A stretch of DNA of 64,000 nucleotides from an uncultured delta proteobacterium (GCA_963796055.1 CAWCKH010000006.1:64001-128000), one strand, 5' to 3'. Counted from the stretch's first letter, positions 49,101 to 59,877 are shown. Program-made: numbers and translations. The notes: generated by a model not told the origin, from the letters alone.

Positions 49101-49565
49101 CGCGTCCAGGACCTGCCCGTACGTCGGCGGGGCGCCCTCCCCGTCGGGCTCCATCAGCTGGGCCAGCGCGAGCCCGGCGGGGTTTCGCACCCCGCCCACC
49201 AGCACGCCGGTCCCGGACACCTGCTCGGCGAGCTGCGCGAGCAGGGCTGGAGCACGGACGTACGGCGCGAGGTCCGCGACCAGCACCAGGTCGAACCCGC
49301 CGGGCGGCAGGTCGTCGAAGATCGCCGGGCGAAACCGCAGCCGCTCGCTGCCCGCGCGGGCCTGGGCCGCCTCCACCGCGGCCAGATCGTCGTCGCACGC
49401 CACCACCAGCCGCGCCCCGCGCGAGACCAGGAACTCGGCCGAGGCGCCTCCGGTGGCCGCCACCGCGCCGACCTCGAGGACCCGCCGGCGCACGAAGAGC
49501 GCCTCGGCGAAGATGTAGCGCGGGAGCAGCTCGCTGACGCCCAGGCGGCGGAAGGTCAGGTTCAC
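46122..49565 (-). CDS. Methyltransferase-like domain fused to a ~900-aa coiled coil
   Basis: N-terminal RRVLEVGA and FDLVLV (Rossmann MTase-like), followed by a continuous Ala/Glu/Arg/Leu heptad region. Confidence 0.75.
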   Translation of the reverse strand: MNLTFRRLGVSELLPRYIFAEALFVRRRVLEVGAVAATGGASAEFLVSRGARLVVACDDDLAAVEAAQARAGSERLRFRPAIFDDLPPGGFDLVLVADLAPYVRAPALLAQLAEQVSGTGVLVGGVRNPAGLALAQLMEPDGEGAPPTYGQVLDAMAAHFPHVETATQSPLLGYQLAFERSEGLQVDGSLAGAGEAAYFVVLASRERLRAVEPTWVQLPPAPLAFTGGRLDEASTRAREWEVRARRLKTALGEAREELAQAKGDLEATQGALERAREEAARAQAEAEVRGSAALHPVVQDELAARIRRLESELQLAGERAAEAERRLAARAAESEAARVQERQQQAEVLAAQESVRLERARREELQRQLDDARIKLTAAYDELRGVREELTRTRTDTERGRLTLEARGSELAALDERLAQARERELRLAEQHSLVLTALEGSQSELAQARSRAEALEQRTGWFEAERAREQRAAEADRQRFEEELAQARAAVPSGPSPEEVEALRTELLAATGERERLADRLAVLERQEASARAMAAALEERLATAEAALAQANFQAPEDAAITQELAIARQALEQALAAAESARAERERDVGSLGAELTEARAMLARVEERASSTAVFARDAVARAERAEEDARTQAGRAEGHARTIAALELQIRRTEDLDGQLQSLQARAEAEAAAVARQQAELDALQDARASLEARLADSEAARTELEEQLRGRAELHEAHTALQARLAELQAEAARLGDEARSRGGALAETESELAGARERLAALEGAEARLLAERDGAQESARVASAEAAGLEAHLASLEQRLAEADEERATLSRALEEARGTVSATATGFEARVAALEVELQHTAGALAERSEALARAEPALEELAGLRAQQAAAHARAEAFGSALEDARVRVDALEAALAGADQARAALEAAEQRAQAAEGELGPLRAECDVVASERDAALERLAALEVSSQETTNRLAALEAGQSSGEDQARAAKIAREQLQVELAQERARARVRDEEKEYAEGRVAELEEQLGKLGDELASAQFERDALAAQAEQAAAHEQALTEALESARVSGGAPGALQQMLADAVAARDALADERAHEREEARAEVEAARAQVQELSARVDQLQRRLAAQEGELLAFRRAAASRAPPRRPGEGES

Positions 49566-49615
49566 GGCCGTCGTTCTCGGACCCGACAGAGTATACCGGC
49601 GTTCAGGAGACCCTC

Positions 49616-50383
49616 ATGTCCTCGACCTCCGATTCGTTAGGCCGACGCGCCGGACGTGCCTTCACCCGGCTGGTGGTGACCCTCGTCGTCTTCGCGCTCC
49701 TCGGCGCAGTGGGGTTCCTCCTGAGCCAGCTGAATGCCCGGACGTTCACCCTCCAGCAGCAGGAGGGGAAGCTCCTGGTGTTCAAGGGCCGGATGCTCCC
49801 ACTCGGGGCCGACCCCTACCGCCCCTCCGACCCGGCGCTGGCCGCCGCCTACGCCCCCATCGACCTCCTGGGCGGGGGCGCCGCCGGGCTGGACGGCGCG
49901 AAGTTCGAGGAGCGCGATGCGCTCGACCGCGCCCTCTTCCAGTTCCTGGAGGGACTCGCCCGGCCACGGCTGGTCTCCGACGACCCGGCGGTGCTCTCCC
50001 AGGGCCTGGTGGCGCTGGGGAGGATGCAGAAGCTCGGGGGCATCACCGACGACCAGCGCAAGACGCTGAGGAGCCTCGAGTCCGAGGTGGCCTTCTTCCA
50101 GGCCCGCACCCGGCTGGACCAGGCGCGCCGCGACATCGCCGAGGCGGTGACCCAGCTGCGGCTTGCGGCCGATAGCGGCGGCCGCCACGCCCGGGCCGCG
50201 CACCGGATGCTCAGCGTCATCGAGCCGGCCGCGTCGGGGCTGGAGGACGCGCTGCGCAGGGCGGTCTACACCCTGGACTCGGATGCGCCGGACGTGCCCA
50301 CACAACCAGTCCCGACCGCCCCCGCCTCGCCGCGTCAGCCGGCCCCGCCGCGGGGCGCCGCACCCGACGCCGGGGCGCTGTGA
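49616..50383 (+). CDS. Membrane-anchored hypothetical protein
   Basis: N-terminal TM, helical domain and Pro-rich tail. GGAG RBS. Confidence 0.65.
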   Translation: MSSTSDSLGRRAGRAFTRLVVTLVVFALLGAVGFLLSQLNARTFTLQQQEGKLLVFKGRMLPLGADPYRPSDPALAAAYAPIDLLGGGAAGLDGAKFEERDALDRALFQFLEGLARPRLVSDDPAVLSQGLVALGRMQKLGGITDDQRKTLRSLESEVAFFQARTRLDQARRDIAEAVTQLRLAADSGGRHARAAHRMLSVIEPAASGLEDALRRAVYTLDSDAPDVPTQPVPTAPASPRQPAPPRGAAPDAGAL

Positions 50384-50469
50384 GCGCTTGTGGCCGGCCG
50401 TGCCGCTCGGCGATGCTCGCCCGCCGAGGGGAGTCGTCTCCAGGGACGTCACAGGGGGAAGACCACAGC

Positions 50470-51009
50470 ATGATCCGCACCACGTTCATCTCGCTCGCGA
50501 TGCTAGCGCTGGCCTGCGCCGCGGGCGCCGCGGGCTCCGGCGCCACCTCGGACTTCCAGCCCACCGGTGGCATCATCGTGGCCTCGGGCAACGGCTCCCG
50601 GTTCAACGCCAACCGGGTGCAGGGCCCCAAGGTCCAGTTCAGCCAGCGCTCCGACGGAAGCTGGGGCGGCAACATCTACGGGAGCGCCGGCACTCCCACC
50701 CCGATCGACGCCACCTTCCAGGGCGGGCAATTCGTCGGGGCCAACATCCGGCTCACCATCACCCGCGAGGGGGGGCAGACCAGCATCTTCGGCTCCATCC
50801 AGGACCGCATCGTCCGCTTCGAGGTGAGCCCCACCGAGATCCGGGTCTACACCAGCTCGAGCGCCGGCACGGGACGCTCCGAGACCTACGTGAAGCTCGC
50901 CGGTCCCGGTGAGTATGGAGGCCCGCAGTCGCTGACGCTCGAGGGCGAGGCCCAGCAGGCTCCGCCCACCCCGGCCTTCGCCCTGGCGATGGTCGGCGCC
51001 TTCATCTGA
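50470..51009 (+). CDS. Secreted/lipoprotein hypothetical protein
   Basis: Signal peptide with possible lipobox LALA-C and a beta-rich mature part. Confidence 0.65.
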   Translation: MIRTTFISLAMLALACAAGAAGSGATSDFQPTGGIIVASGNGSRFNANRVQGPKVQFSQRSDGSWGGNIYGSAGTPTPIDATFQGGQFVGANIRLTITREGGQTSIFGSIQDRIVRFEVSPTEIRVYTSSSAGTGRSETYVKLAGPGEYGGPQSLTLEGEAQQAPPTPAFALAMVGAFI

Positions 51010-51033
51010 GTCAGGGCGGCCGCAGTCAGCGAG
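51010..51033 (+). repeat. Solo copy of the array's terminal sub-repeat
   Basis: GTCAGGGCGGCCGCAGTCAGCGAG matches the end of unit 10 plus flank (one mismatch). It fills the whole gap between two convergent stop codons. Confidence 0.85.
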
Positions 51034-51577
51034 CCGTCTCCAGCACCCCGACGAACGGCAGATTTCGCCACCGTTCGTCGTTGTCGAGCCCGTAGCCAAC
51101 GAGGAAGCGGTCCTCGACCTCGAAGCCGGTGTAGTCCACCGTCACCGGCTCGACCCGGCGCGAGGGCTTGTCCAGGAGCGCGCAGGTCCGGACGCTGCGG
51201 CACCCACGCGCTGCGAGCGCCTGGAGCAGGAAGCGGAGCGTGAGCCCGGTGTCCACGATGTCCTCCACCACCAGGACGTCGCGGTCGTGGAGCGGGGTGC
51301 CGGTGTCGCTGGTGATCCGCACCTCTCCGCTCGACGTGGTGCCGCTCCCATACGAGGCCACCCCCAGGAACTCCAGCTGCAGCGGCAGGGAGATGGCCCG
51401 GACCAGGTCCGCGGCGAAGAGCGAGGCCCCCTTCAGGACGCAGAGCACGGTGAGCGGCCGACCGGCGTAGTCCCGGGTGATGGCCGCCCCGAGCTCGGCC
51501 ACCCGGGCCGCCAGGGTCGCCTCCCCGAAGAGCACCCGCACCCCGGGCGCCCAGCCGACCGGAAAGTCTTCCGACAT
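51026..51577 (-). CDS. hpt: Hypoxanthine phosphoribosyltransferase
   Basis: Motifs VLKGASLF, SYGSGTTSSG, VLVVEDIVDTGLTL, LLDKP and FLVGYGLD. Confidence 0.95.
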   Translation of the reverse strand: MSEDFPVGWAPGVRVLFGEATLAARVAELGAAITRDYAGRPLTVLCVLKGASLFAADLVRAISLPLQLEFLGVASYGSGTTSSGEVRITSDTGTPLHDRDVLVVEDIVDTGLTLRFLLQALAARGCRSVRTCALLDKPSRRVEPVTVDYTGFEVEDRFLVGYGLDNDERWRNLPFVGVLETAR

Positions 51578-51712
51578 TCGGCCACTCTACTGTGCGTCTC
51601 CCGGTCTGCTGTTCCAGCGATTCCATGGGGTTCGGCGCTGGCGTGGTTCTTGGACCTCCGGGCGCCGGGCTTCCACCGGGCGGGGGCCCGGGGCGGGTGG
51701 GCGGAGGCGGCG

Positions 51713-52027
51713 GTGTGGCGAGGCGTACGGGCGGCCGGGGTGCTGGTGTTGCTCAACGCGGTGGACGGGGTCTGCACCCACGTTTTCCTCCGGGCGGGGG
51801 TGGCCCGGGAGCTCAACCCCTTGATGCGGCTGGCCTACGACGGTGGCCCCGGCCTGTTCTTCACCTGCAAGGTCCTGGCGGTGGGCAGCGCAGCCTGGAT
51901 TCTCCAGCGGCACGCTGCCCGGATGCCGCTGGCCCGGGGGGCCCTGGCCGGGGGCGTTGCGCTCTACACGCTGGTCTGCGTGCTGCACCTCTGGTTGCTC
52001 GTCCGGTGGGTCGGCGGTGGTGCTTGA
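51713..52027 (+). CDS. DUF5658-like small membrane protein
   Basis: GGAGG RBS. Motifs LNAVDGVCT, ELNPLM and F..CK, with TM segments. Confidence 0.65.
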   Translation: MWRGVRAAGVLVLLNAVDGVCTHVFLRAGVARELNPLMRLAYDGGPGLFFTCKVLAVGSAAWILQRHAARMPLARGALAGGVALYTLVCVLHLWLLVRWVGGGA

Positions 52028-52075
52028 TTTCTGTCGGATGCTCAACGGATGCTCCCGAGCGAGCGAGGGCGCCCC

Positions 52076-52345
52076 ATGGACATCACGGACGTGAAGATTT
52101 TTCCGGTCGATGAGGAAAAGCTCAAGGCGTACGTGACCATCACCCTCGACGGTTGCTTCGTGGTGCGCGACCTCAAGGTCATCCAGGGCTCGGCGGGTCT
52201 GTTCGTGGCGATGCCGGCCAAGAAGCGGAAGGACGGCACCTACAAGGACATCGCCCATCCGCTGAACACCGACATGCGCGCGCGGATGGAGCGCGTCATC
52301 CTCGACCAGTACGAGCGGAGCACCGCGCGGCTGGGCGCGGCCTAG
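52076..52345 (+). CDS. spoVG: SpoVG-family nucleic-acid-binding protein
   Basis: MDITDVKI..LKAYVTITLD..FVVRDLKVI.G..GLFVAMP and YKDIAHP. Confidence 0.95.
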   Translation: MDITDVKIFPVDEEKLKAYVTITLDGCFVVRDLKVIQGSAGLFVAMPAKKRKDGTYKDIAHPLNTDMRARMERVILDQYERSTARLGAA

Positions 52346-52414
52346 CGTTCAAGAGCGCGCTCGCCGGCCTTCCACATCGGGCCCCGCTGGTCTAGGTGAG
52401 CAGCATCCCGACCC

Positions 52415-53368
52415 ATGCCCACGGCGCGCGACTTCAAGGTCTTCGCTGGAAACTCCAACCTCCCCCTCGCCCGCCGGATCTGTGAGCACCTCAAGCGTCC
52501 CCTGGGGAAGGCCGACGTCGGCCGCTTCTCGGATGGAGAGATCCAGATCGAGATCGGCGAGAACGTCCGTGGCCAGGACACCTTCATCGTCCAGTCCACC
52601 AGTCCGCCGGCGAACGACCACATCATGGAGCTGCTGATCATGTGCGATGCGCTCAAGCGCGCCTCGGCACAGTCGATCACCGCGGTCATCCCCTACTTCG
52701 GCTACGCGCGGCAGGACCGGAAGGTGGTCCCCCGGACCCCGATCACCGCCAAGCTGGTCGCCGACCTCCTCGAGTCCGCCGGCGCCACCCGCGTCGTGTC
52801 CATGGACATGCACGTGGCGCAGATCCAGGGCTTCTTCCACATTCCCTCGGACCACCTCTTCGCCTCGCCGGTCTTCCTCGAGGACATCCGGCGCAACTTC
52901 CCCGCCACCGACGAGCTGGTGCTGGTCTCGCCCGACGCCGGCGGCGTGGAGCGGGCACGGGCCTACTCCAAGCGGCTCAACTCCTCGCTGGCCATCGTGG
53001 ACAAGCGGCGTACCCGGGCCAACGTCTCCGAGGTGATGAACCTCATCGGCGACGTTCGGGGCAAGGATGCGGTGCTCATCGACGACATGGTCGACACCGG
53101 CGGCACGCTCACCCAGGCAGCGATGGCGTTGAAGGCCGAGGGGGCACGGCGGGTGATGGCCTACGCGGTGCACCCCATCCTCTCCGGGCCGGCGGTGAAA
53201 CGCATCCAGGAGTCGGTGCTCGAGGAGGTGGTGTTCACCGACACGGTCCCGCTCGGCCCCGCGGCGGCGGCCTGCACCAAGATCCGTCAGCTCAGCACCG
53301 CCCGGCTCTTCGCCGACGCCATCCAGCGGATCTACTCCGGCGACTCGCTCAGCTCGCTCTTCGTGTAG
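52415..53368 (+). CDS. prs: Ribose-phosphate pyrophosphokinase
   Basis: Motifs FSDGE, PYFGYARQDRK, VSPDAGG and IDDMVDTGGT. Confidence 0.97.
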   Translation: MPTARDFKVFAGNSNLPLARRICEHLKRPLGKADVGRFSDGEIQIEIGENVRGQDTFIVQSTSPPANDHIMELLIMCDALKRASAQSITAVIPYFGYARQDRKVVPRTPITAKLVADLLESAGATRVVSMDMHVAQIQGFFHIPSDHLFASPVFLEDIRRNFPATDELVLVSPDAGGVERARAYSKRLNSSLAIVDKRRTRANVSEVMNLIGDVRGKDAVLIDDMVDTGGTLTQAAMALKAEGARRVMAYAVHPILSGPAVKRIQESVLEEVVFTDTVPLGPAAAACTKIRQLSTARLFADAIQRIYSGDSLSSLFV

Positions 53369-53875
53369 TCGGGCTCGCACCGACGCCTCCCCTCACGCGC
53401 ATGCGCCCACAGGGCGAGCGACGTCCGCGGACGGGCGTGGCGGAGGTGACAACCTTCCGCCATACTCGGAACCGTCGGATCCCGGATCGGTCCCGGAGCG
53501 CGGATGGGGTGCGAGCGCCTCCAGGGGACGGAGCGGGCTCTCGTCGTGGAGAGAGGATGCCTGCCCGGAGCCGATCGAAGACGGTGCTCATCGTCGAGGA
53601 CGATCCGGACATCCGCGAGGTCCTCGAGGAGATGATCGACGCCGGTGGCCACGCGGTGGTCACCGCGACCAACGGCGCCGAGGGGCTGGCCGCCCTCGCC
53701 CAGGTGGAACCGCCGGCGCTGATTCTGCTCGATCTGATGATGCCGGTGATGAGCGGCTTCGCCTTCCTCGAGGAGCTGGGGCGACGCACCGATCGCAGCG
53801 GCGACCGGGTGCTGCTGATCAGCGCCAACGAGACGGTGGAGCGTGCGGCGCAGCTGCCCGGGGTGGTGGGCTACG

Positions 53876-55498
<1,623 letters not shown>

Positions 55499-55636
55499 CT
55501 GAGGCGGAACGCTACTACGCTCGCTCGGTGGGTCCGGCGTGGGGCGCTGTGCGGGAATCTCGGTGTCCTGGTGCAGCGGAGGCCCTCGGCCGTCGGCTGG
55601 ATGACGAAACCCAGGCCGCCGTTGCGGCGCTCATCA

Positions 55637-56791
55637 TCAGGCGCGGCCCACGCCGGCGGGCATCTCGAAGCGGGCCTCCTCGCCCGCGAGGCCCAGCTCC
55701 ACCGTGCGTCGCCAGTACCGCAGGCCAGCCTCGAGCGCGAGGCGGTCGATGCCCGGAAGGCGTCCCACCACCCGGCCTGTCCCGGAGATGAGGGTTCGCA
55801 ACGCCGGGGCGACGAGGCGCCATGGCGTCCGCGGGTAGCCGAGCGCATCCGCGTACCGGTCGCCAACGAGATGCCGACCGATGCCGTACGCCACCGGAAG
55901 GAAACGTTCCGCGCGGGCGCGCTCCTCGGCGGACCGGGCCTCGTGGAGCGGGGACTCGAGCAGGGCCGCGGCGAGCGCGGCCGAGTCGGAGTCGGGTGGC
56001 TCCTGGGTGGCCTCGAGCAGCTCCCAGAGGGCCCGCGCCTCGGGCTCGGTGGCGCCGAGCAGCTCCTGCTCCACGCCGAGCACCCAGCCGGCCACGCGCC
56101 ACAGATGCAGCACGTCCTCGCACTGCTCCCGACCGATGCGGAACCCGAGCATCCGCAGCCCATCCACCAGCACCAGCGAGAAGAGGAGCACGGTGCCCGC
56201 CATGTCCACCTGGTTGATGGGGTCGCCCCAGGCGCTGGCATCCCAGCGCGGAGAGGCCCGGAGCAGCCGGCGGACCTGCGCGTGCATCAGCCGCACACGG
56301 GCGGCGGCGACCCAGCCCGGCGCACCGGGGGCGAGCGAGCCCGGCTGGTAGACCAGACTCACGAACCGGCTGGTCTCGGAGAGGCGCCGCGGGGCGGCCT
56401 CGCGGAGCCGGCCGGAGAAGACCAGCGGCTTGTTTCCCGCCGGGCTGCAGTAACCGGCGACCAGCGAGCGGAACCCGAGCACCACCCCGCCGAAGAAGCC
56501 GGTGCGCAGCAGCACCTCCCCTCCCCGCCGGGCGCGGTCCAGGTCGGCCCAGAAAGGCAAGGCGGAGAGCGACGCCCGCAGCGCGCGGAGCTCGGCCGGA
56601 AGCGCGCGCACGTCGCCGGTGAGCGTCTGGTCGATGAGCCGCTCCCGTTCCTCGGCCGTCGCTCCGGCGAGGGCCTCGACCGCGGCGTCCGCACCCGGGT
56701 CTCCCGCGGCGAAGAAGGCGCCGAGCCGGTCGACCCGGGAGCCGAAGCGGCGGCGGGCCTGGTCGAGATGGACGAACCGGGAGGGGAACAT
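55637..56791 (-). CDS. Oxygenase MpaB / DUF2236 family protein
   Basis: Motifs RRLSET, RVRLMHAQVR, WGDPINQVD and HLWR..G..LGV. Confidence 0.8.
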   Translation of the reverse strand: MFPSRFVHLDQARRRFGSRVDRLGAFFAAGDPGADAAVEALAGATAEERERLIDQTLTGDVRALPAELRALRASLSALPFWADLDRARRGGEVLLRTGFFGGVVLGFRSLVAGYCSPAGNKPLVFSGRLREAAPRRLSETSRFVSLVYQPGSLAPGAPGWVAAARVRLMHAQVRRLLRASPRWDASAWGDPINQVDMAGTVLLFSLVLVDGLRMLGFRIGREQCEDVLHLWRVAGWVLGVEQELLGATEPEARALWELLEATQEPPDSDSAALAAALLESPLHEARSAEERARAERFLPVAYGIGRHLVGDRYADALGYPRTPWRLVAPALRTLISGTGRVVGRLPGIDRLALEAGLRYWRRTVELGLAGEEARFEMPAGVGRA

Positions 56792-56973
56792 GGCGCGGTG
56801 AACCGGGGGATGAGGTAATCAGCGTCCCGGAGTCTCGCCCCAGCCAGGGTGCCTGCGACTTGACGCTCGGGGGAAAGGTTGGCAGTAGAGCCGCTTTCGC
56901 CCGGGACTGTAGGGGCCCACCACGGGGTGGGATGCCGGCCGGGGCGACAGAGAAAGAGGAGCACGGAAATCAC

Positions 56974-57726
56974 ATGGCACCCACCCGGAACACCCTGGCG
57001 GCACGCCTGCGCGAAGGCGCGGGCAAGGGCTCGGCGCGGCGGCTACGCGCGGAGGGGCTCGTCCCCGCGGTCGTCTACGGCCGCCACCTCGAGACCCCGG
57101 TCCACATCGCGGTGGACCCGATCGAGGTGAAGAAGGCCATCGCCACCCCGCACCACCTCAACACCCTGCTCAGCCTCAAGCTGGATGGGCAGCCCGAGCG
57201 GCTGGTGCTGCTCAAGGACTACCAGCAGGACCCGATGAGCCGGGAGATGCTCCACGCCGACTTCATCGACGTGCGCGAGAACGAGCAGATCAAGGTGAAC
57301 GTGCCGCTGGTGCTGGTGGGCAAGCCGGTGGGCGTGACCGAGGGCGGCATCCTCTCGCAGAGCCGGCGCGAGCTCGAGGTCTACGCGATGCCGGCGGCCA
57401 TCCCGGAGAAGATCGAGGCGGACGTCAGCCATATGAAGATTGCCCAGTCGCTCCACATCAACGAGGTGAAGCTGCCCCAGGGCGTCCGGGTGAAGACGCA
57501 GGTGAACTACACCATCGCGGTGGTCTCGGTGCCGGAGAAGGAGGAGGTCGCTCCGGTGGTGGCGGCGGCCACTCCGGTCGCGGGTGTACCGGGTGCGCCG
57601 GGCGCGCCGGGCGCGGCCCCGGCGGCGGCCGATGCCAAGGGGGCCGAGGGCGGCAAGGGCGCGGGGGCTCCGGCGGCGGGGAAGGACGCCGGCGGCGCGG
57701 CCAAGAAGGACGAGAAGAAGAAGTAG
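56974..57726 (+). CDS. rplY: 50S ribosomal protein L25 / general stress protein Ctc
   Basis: Motifs GKGSARRLR..G.VPAVVYG, HADF and VPLVLVG...GV..GG. Confidence 0.95.
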   Translation: MAPTRNTLAARLREGAGKGSARRLRAEGLVPAVVYGRHLETPVHIAVDPIEVKKAIATPHHLNTLLSLKLDGQPERLVLLKDYQQDPMSREMLHADFIDVRENEQIKVNVPLVLVGKPVGVTEGGILSQSRRELEVYAMPAAIPEKIEADVSHMKIAQSLHINEVKLPQGVRVKTQVNYTIAVVSVPEKEEVAPVVAAATPVAGVPGAPGAPGAAPAAADAKGAEGGKGAGAPAAGKDAGGAAKKDEKKK

Positions 57727-57732
57727 CCAGCC

Positions 57733-58314
57733 GTGCACGGGGCCAGGCTCGTGGTGGGGCTCGGGAATCCGGGCCGCGAGTACGCCGGGCACCGGCACAA
57801 CGTGGGCTTCATGGTGCTGGACCGGCTGGCTGGCGCGGTGGGCATCCCGCTCGGCCAGTCGAAGTTCCAGGGTCGCTTCGGGCAGGGGGAGGCGGAGAAG
57901 GTCCGCCTGATTCTGCTCGAGCCCGAGACGTTCATGAACGCCTCCGGCGAGGCGGTGGCCGCGGCGGCCCGCTTCTTCAAGGTGACGCCCAGGGAAACCC
58001 TGGTCGTCCACGACGAGCTGGACCTCCCCTTCGGGCGGCTGCAGCTCAAGAAGGGCGGCGGGACCGGCGGGCACAACGGGCTGGAGTCCATCGTCGCCCA
58101 GCTCGGAACGGCGGACTTCGCCCGGCTGCGGGTGGGGATCGGAAAGCCCCATGGGCCGAACGCGAAGGAGCGCGTGGTGGGCCACGTGCTCCACGATTTC
58201 TCGTCCGAGGAACGGGACGGTCTTCCCCCGGTGCTCGACCGCGCGGTGGAGATGGCGCGGGCGTGGCTGTCGCTCGGGCTCGCCGAGGCGATGAACCGGC
58301 ACAACCGGCGCTGA
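57733..58314 (+). CDS. pth: Peptidyl-tRNA hydrolase
   Basis: Motifs VGLGNPG..Y...RHNVGF, TFMNASG, HDELD, GGHNG and RLRVGIG. Confidence 0.97.
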   Translation: MHGARLVVGLGNPGREYAGHRHNVGFMVLDRLAGAVGIPLGQSKFQGRFGQGEAEKVRLILLEPETFMNASGEAVAAAARFFKVTPRETLVVHDELDLPFGRLQLKKGGGTGGHNGLESIVAQLGTADFARLRVGIGKPHGPNAKERVVGHVLHDFSSEERDGLPPVLDRAVEMARAWLSLGLAEAMNRHNRR

Positions 58315-58339
58315 ACCGGTCGAGAGGCCCCACCCTGAC

Positions 58340-58368
58340 TTGACGTGAAGCCCCCAGCCCGATAGTCA
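58340..58368 (+). promoter_or_regulatory. Possible sigma70 promoter for the rpsF operon
   Basis: TTGACG-N17-TAGTCA. The same TTGACG occurs upstream of rplY at 56860. The -10 match is weak. Confidence 0.3.
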
Positions 58369-58462
58369 GGCCCGCTCGTTCTTTGGAGTGCAAGCGCGAG
58401 GGCGACGGGCGCGCGGTGTTCCCGTCCCCGGTGGGCGTGCCGGCAACCGGCCGCTGACCGCA

Positions 58463-58512
58463 TCCCCGCTCCGGGCACTGGACCCGGGGCACAACCCGAG
58501 GGGAAGGAACAC
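58463..58512 (+). promoter_or_regulatory. Candidate S6:S18 autoregulatory leader RNA
   Basis: Stem TCCCC/GGGGA next to the RBS, inner stem GCTCCGGG/CCCGGGGC, and a bulge containing CCCG, resembling the known CC(R)-bulge rpsF leader. Confidence 0.45.
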
Positions 58513-58977
58513 ATGACAGAGCAGACGACCGCGCATCATCTGCGCGAGTACGAAACCATCTTCCTGGTCAAGCCCGACCTCACCGACGAGGGCGTGGACC
58601 GGCTCAAGGACCGCGTCCGCGGGATCGTGAACCGCGAAGGCGGCAAGCTGATCCGCTTCACGGTGTGGGGCAAGAAGAAGACCATGTACCCGGTGGCCAA
58701 GCAGCCCCGGGCCATCTACGTCCACGCCTCCTACCTCGGCGGCCACGGGCTGGTGGCGGAGGTGGAGCGCAACCTGCGCAACCTCGACGAGGTCACCCGC
58801 TGGCTCAGCGTGAAGGTGGCGGACGACGTGGATCCCGAGACCCGGCCGGTGCAGGAGGACGTCAAGCTGGCGGGCGACGTGGACGAGGCCCGTGGCGCGG
58901 CGCCCGAGCGCGCGGGTCCTCCGCGCGACGGAGTCGAGGTCGAGGGCCTGGACGAGGAGGCGCCGGAGGAGGCCTAG
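58513..58977 (+). CDS. rpsF: 30S ribosomal protein S6
   Basis: Motifs [13 protein letters not shown] and WGKKK..YPV, with an acidic tail. Confidence 0.95.
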   Translation: MTEQTTAHHLREYETIFLVKPDLTDEGVDRLKDRVRGIVNREGGKLIRFTVWGKKKTMYPVAKQPRAIYVHASYLGGHGLVAEVERNLRNLDEVTRWLSVKVADDVDPETRPVQEDVKLAGDVDEARGAAPERAGPPRDGVEVEGLDEEAPEEA

Positions 58978-59001
58978 CGCCTCGACTGGCGGGAGCACGA
59001 C

Positions 59002-59364
59002 ATGACCGGACACTTCGGAAACGGAAACGGACCTCGGAACGACGGCCCCAGGGGCGGTGGCGGCGGGCGCTTCGGTGGCGATCGCGGTGGCGATCGTGGC
59101 GGCGGCGGGATGGGGGGCGACGACGAGAAGCGCGGCGGACGGGGCGGCTTCGGCCGCAAGAAGGTCTGTCGCTTCTGCGCCGAGAAGGGCAGCCACCCCG
59201 ACTTCAAGGACCAGGCGACGCTGAAGTACTTCGTCACCGAGCGGGGGAAGATCATCCCCCGGCGGATCTCGGGGAACTGCGCCAAGCACCAGCGGCAGGT
59301 AGCGGTGGCCATCAAGCGCGCCCGCGGCCTGGCCCTCATCCCCTACAACGCGCTGGTGGGCTGA
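59002..59364 (+). CDS. rpsR: 30S ribosomal protein S18 (Zn-binding type) with Gly/Arg-rich N-terminal extension
   Basis: Motifs [28 protein letters not shown] and AIKRAR. Confidence 0.97.
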   Translation: MTGHFGNGNGPRNDGPRGGGGGRFGGDRGGDRGGGGMGGDDEKRGGRGGFGRKKVCRFCAEKGSHPDFKDQATLKYFVTERGKIIPRRISGNCAKHQRQVAVAIKRARGLALIPYNALVG

Positions 59365-59378
59365 GGAGGACTGTCGCC

Positions 59379-59831
59379 ATGCCGATGAAGGTCATCCTGC
59401 GCGAGGACGTCCCCAACCTGGGCAAGTCCGGTGAGCTGGTGAACGTGAAGCCCGGCTTCGGCCGCAACTATCTGCTGCCCCGGAAGCTGGCGGTGCTGGC
59501 CAACGAGGCCAACGTCGCCCAGCTCGAGCACGACCGCGCGGTCATCTCCGCGCGCCAGGCGAAGCTGCGGGGCAACGCCGAGGAGCAGGCCAAGCGCATC
59601 AACGCGGTGTCGATCACCGTGGCCCGGAAGGTCGGCGAGCAGGAGAAGCTCTTCGGCTCGGTGACCGCGCTGGACATCGCCGAGGCGCTGGCGGCCAAGG
59701 GCCAGAAAGTGGACCGCCGGCACATCCACCTGCCCGAGCCGATCAAGACCGTGGGCGCGCACGAGGTGGAGATCCGCCTCCACCGCGACGTCACTGCGAA
59801 GATCAAGGTCGAGGTCGTTCCCGAGGCCTGA
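59379..59831 (+). CDS. rplI: 50S ribosomal protein L9
   Basis: Motifs [26 protein letters not shown] and KLFGSVT. Confidence 0.97.
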   Translation: MPMKVILREDVPNLGKSGELVNVKPGFGRNYLLPRKLAVLANEANVAQLEHDRAVISARQAKLRGNAEEQAKRINAVSITVARKVGEQEKLFGSVTALDIAEALAAKGQKVDRRHIHLPEPIKTVGAHEVEIRLHRDVTAKIKVEVVPEA

Positions 59832-59841
59832 AGCCTCCCCC

Positions 59842-59877
59842 AGGCCGGCCCATGGGCATCCCGCCTGGGCCGGTTTG
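59842..59877 (+). terminator. Hairpin with short T tract after rplI
   Basis: CCGGCCCA...TGGGCCGG stem followed by TTTGT. Confidence 0.35.

Noticed and set aside
27859..49640. Very long alternative-frame or antisense ORFs (e.g. 27859..30873, 34736..37360, 39546..42005, 46299..49640)
   Set aside because: Arg/Pro/Gly-rich shadow ORFs expected at high GC; they overlap well-supported genes and carry no motifs.
52346..52414. tRNA-Gln between spoVG and prs
   Set aside because: Only 69 nt, with no cloverleaf or TTCRA T-loop.
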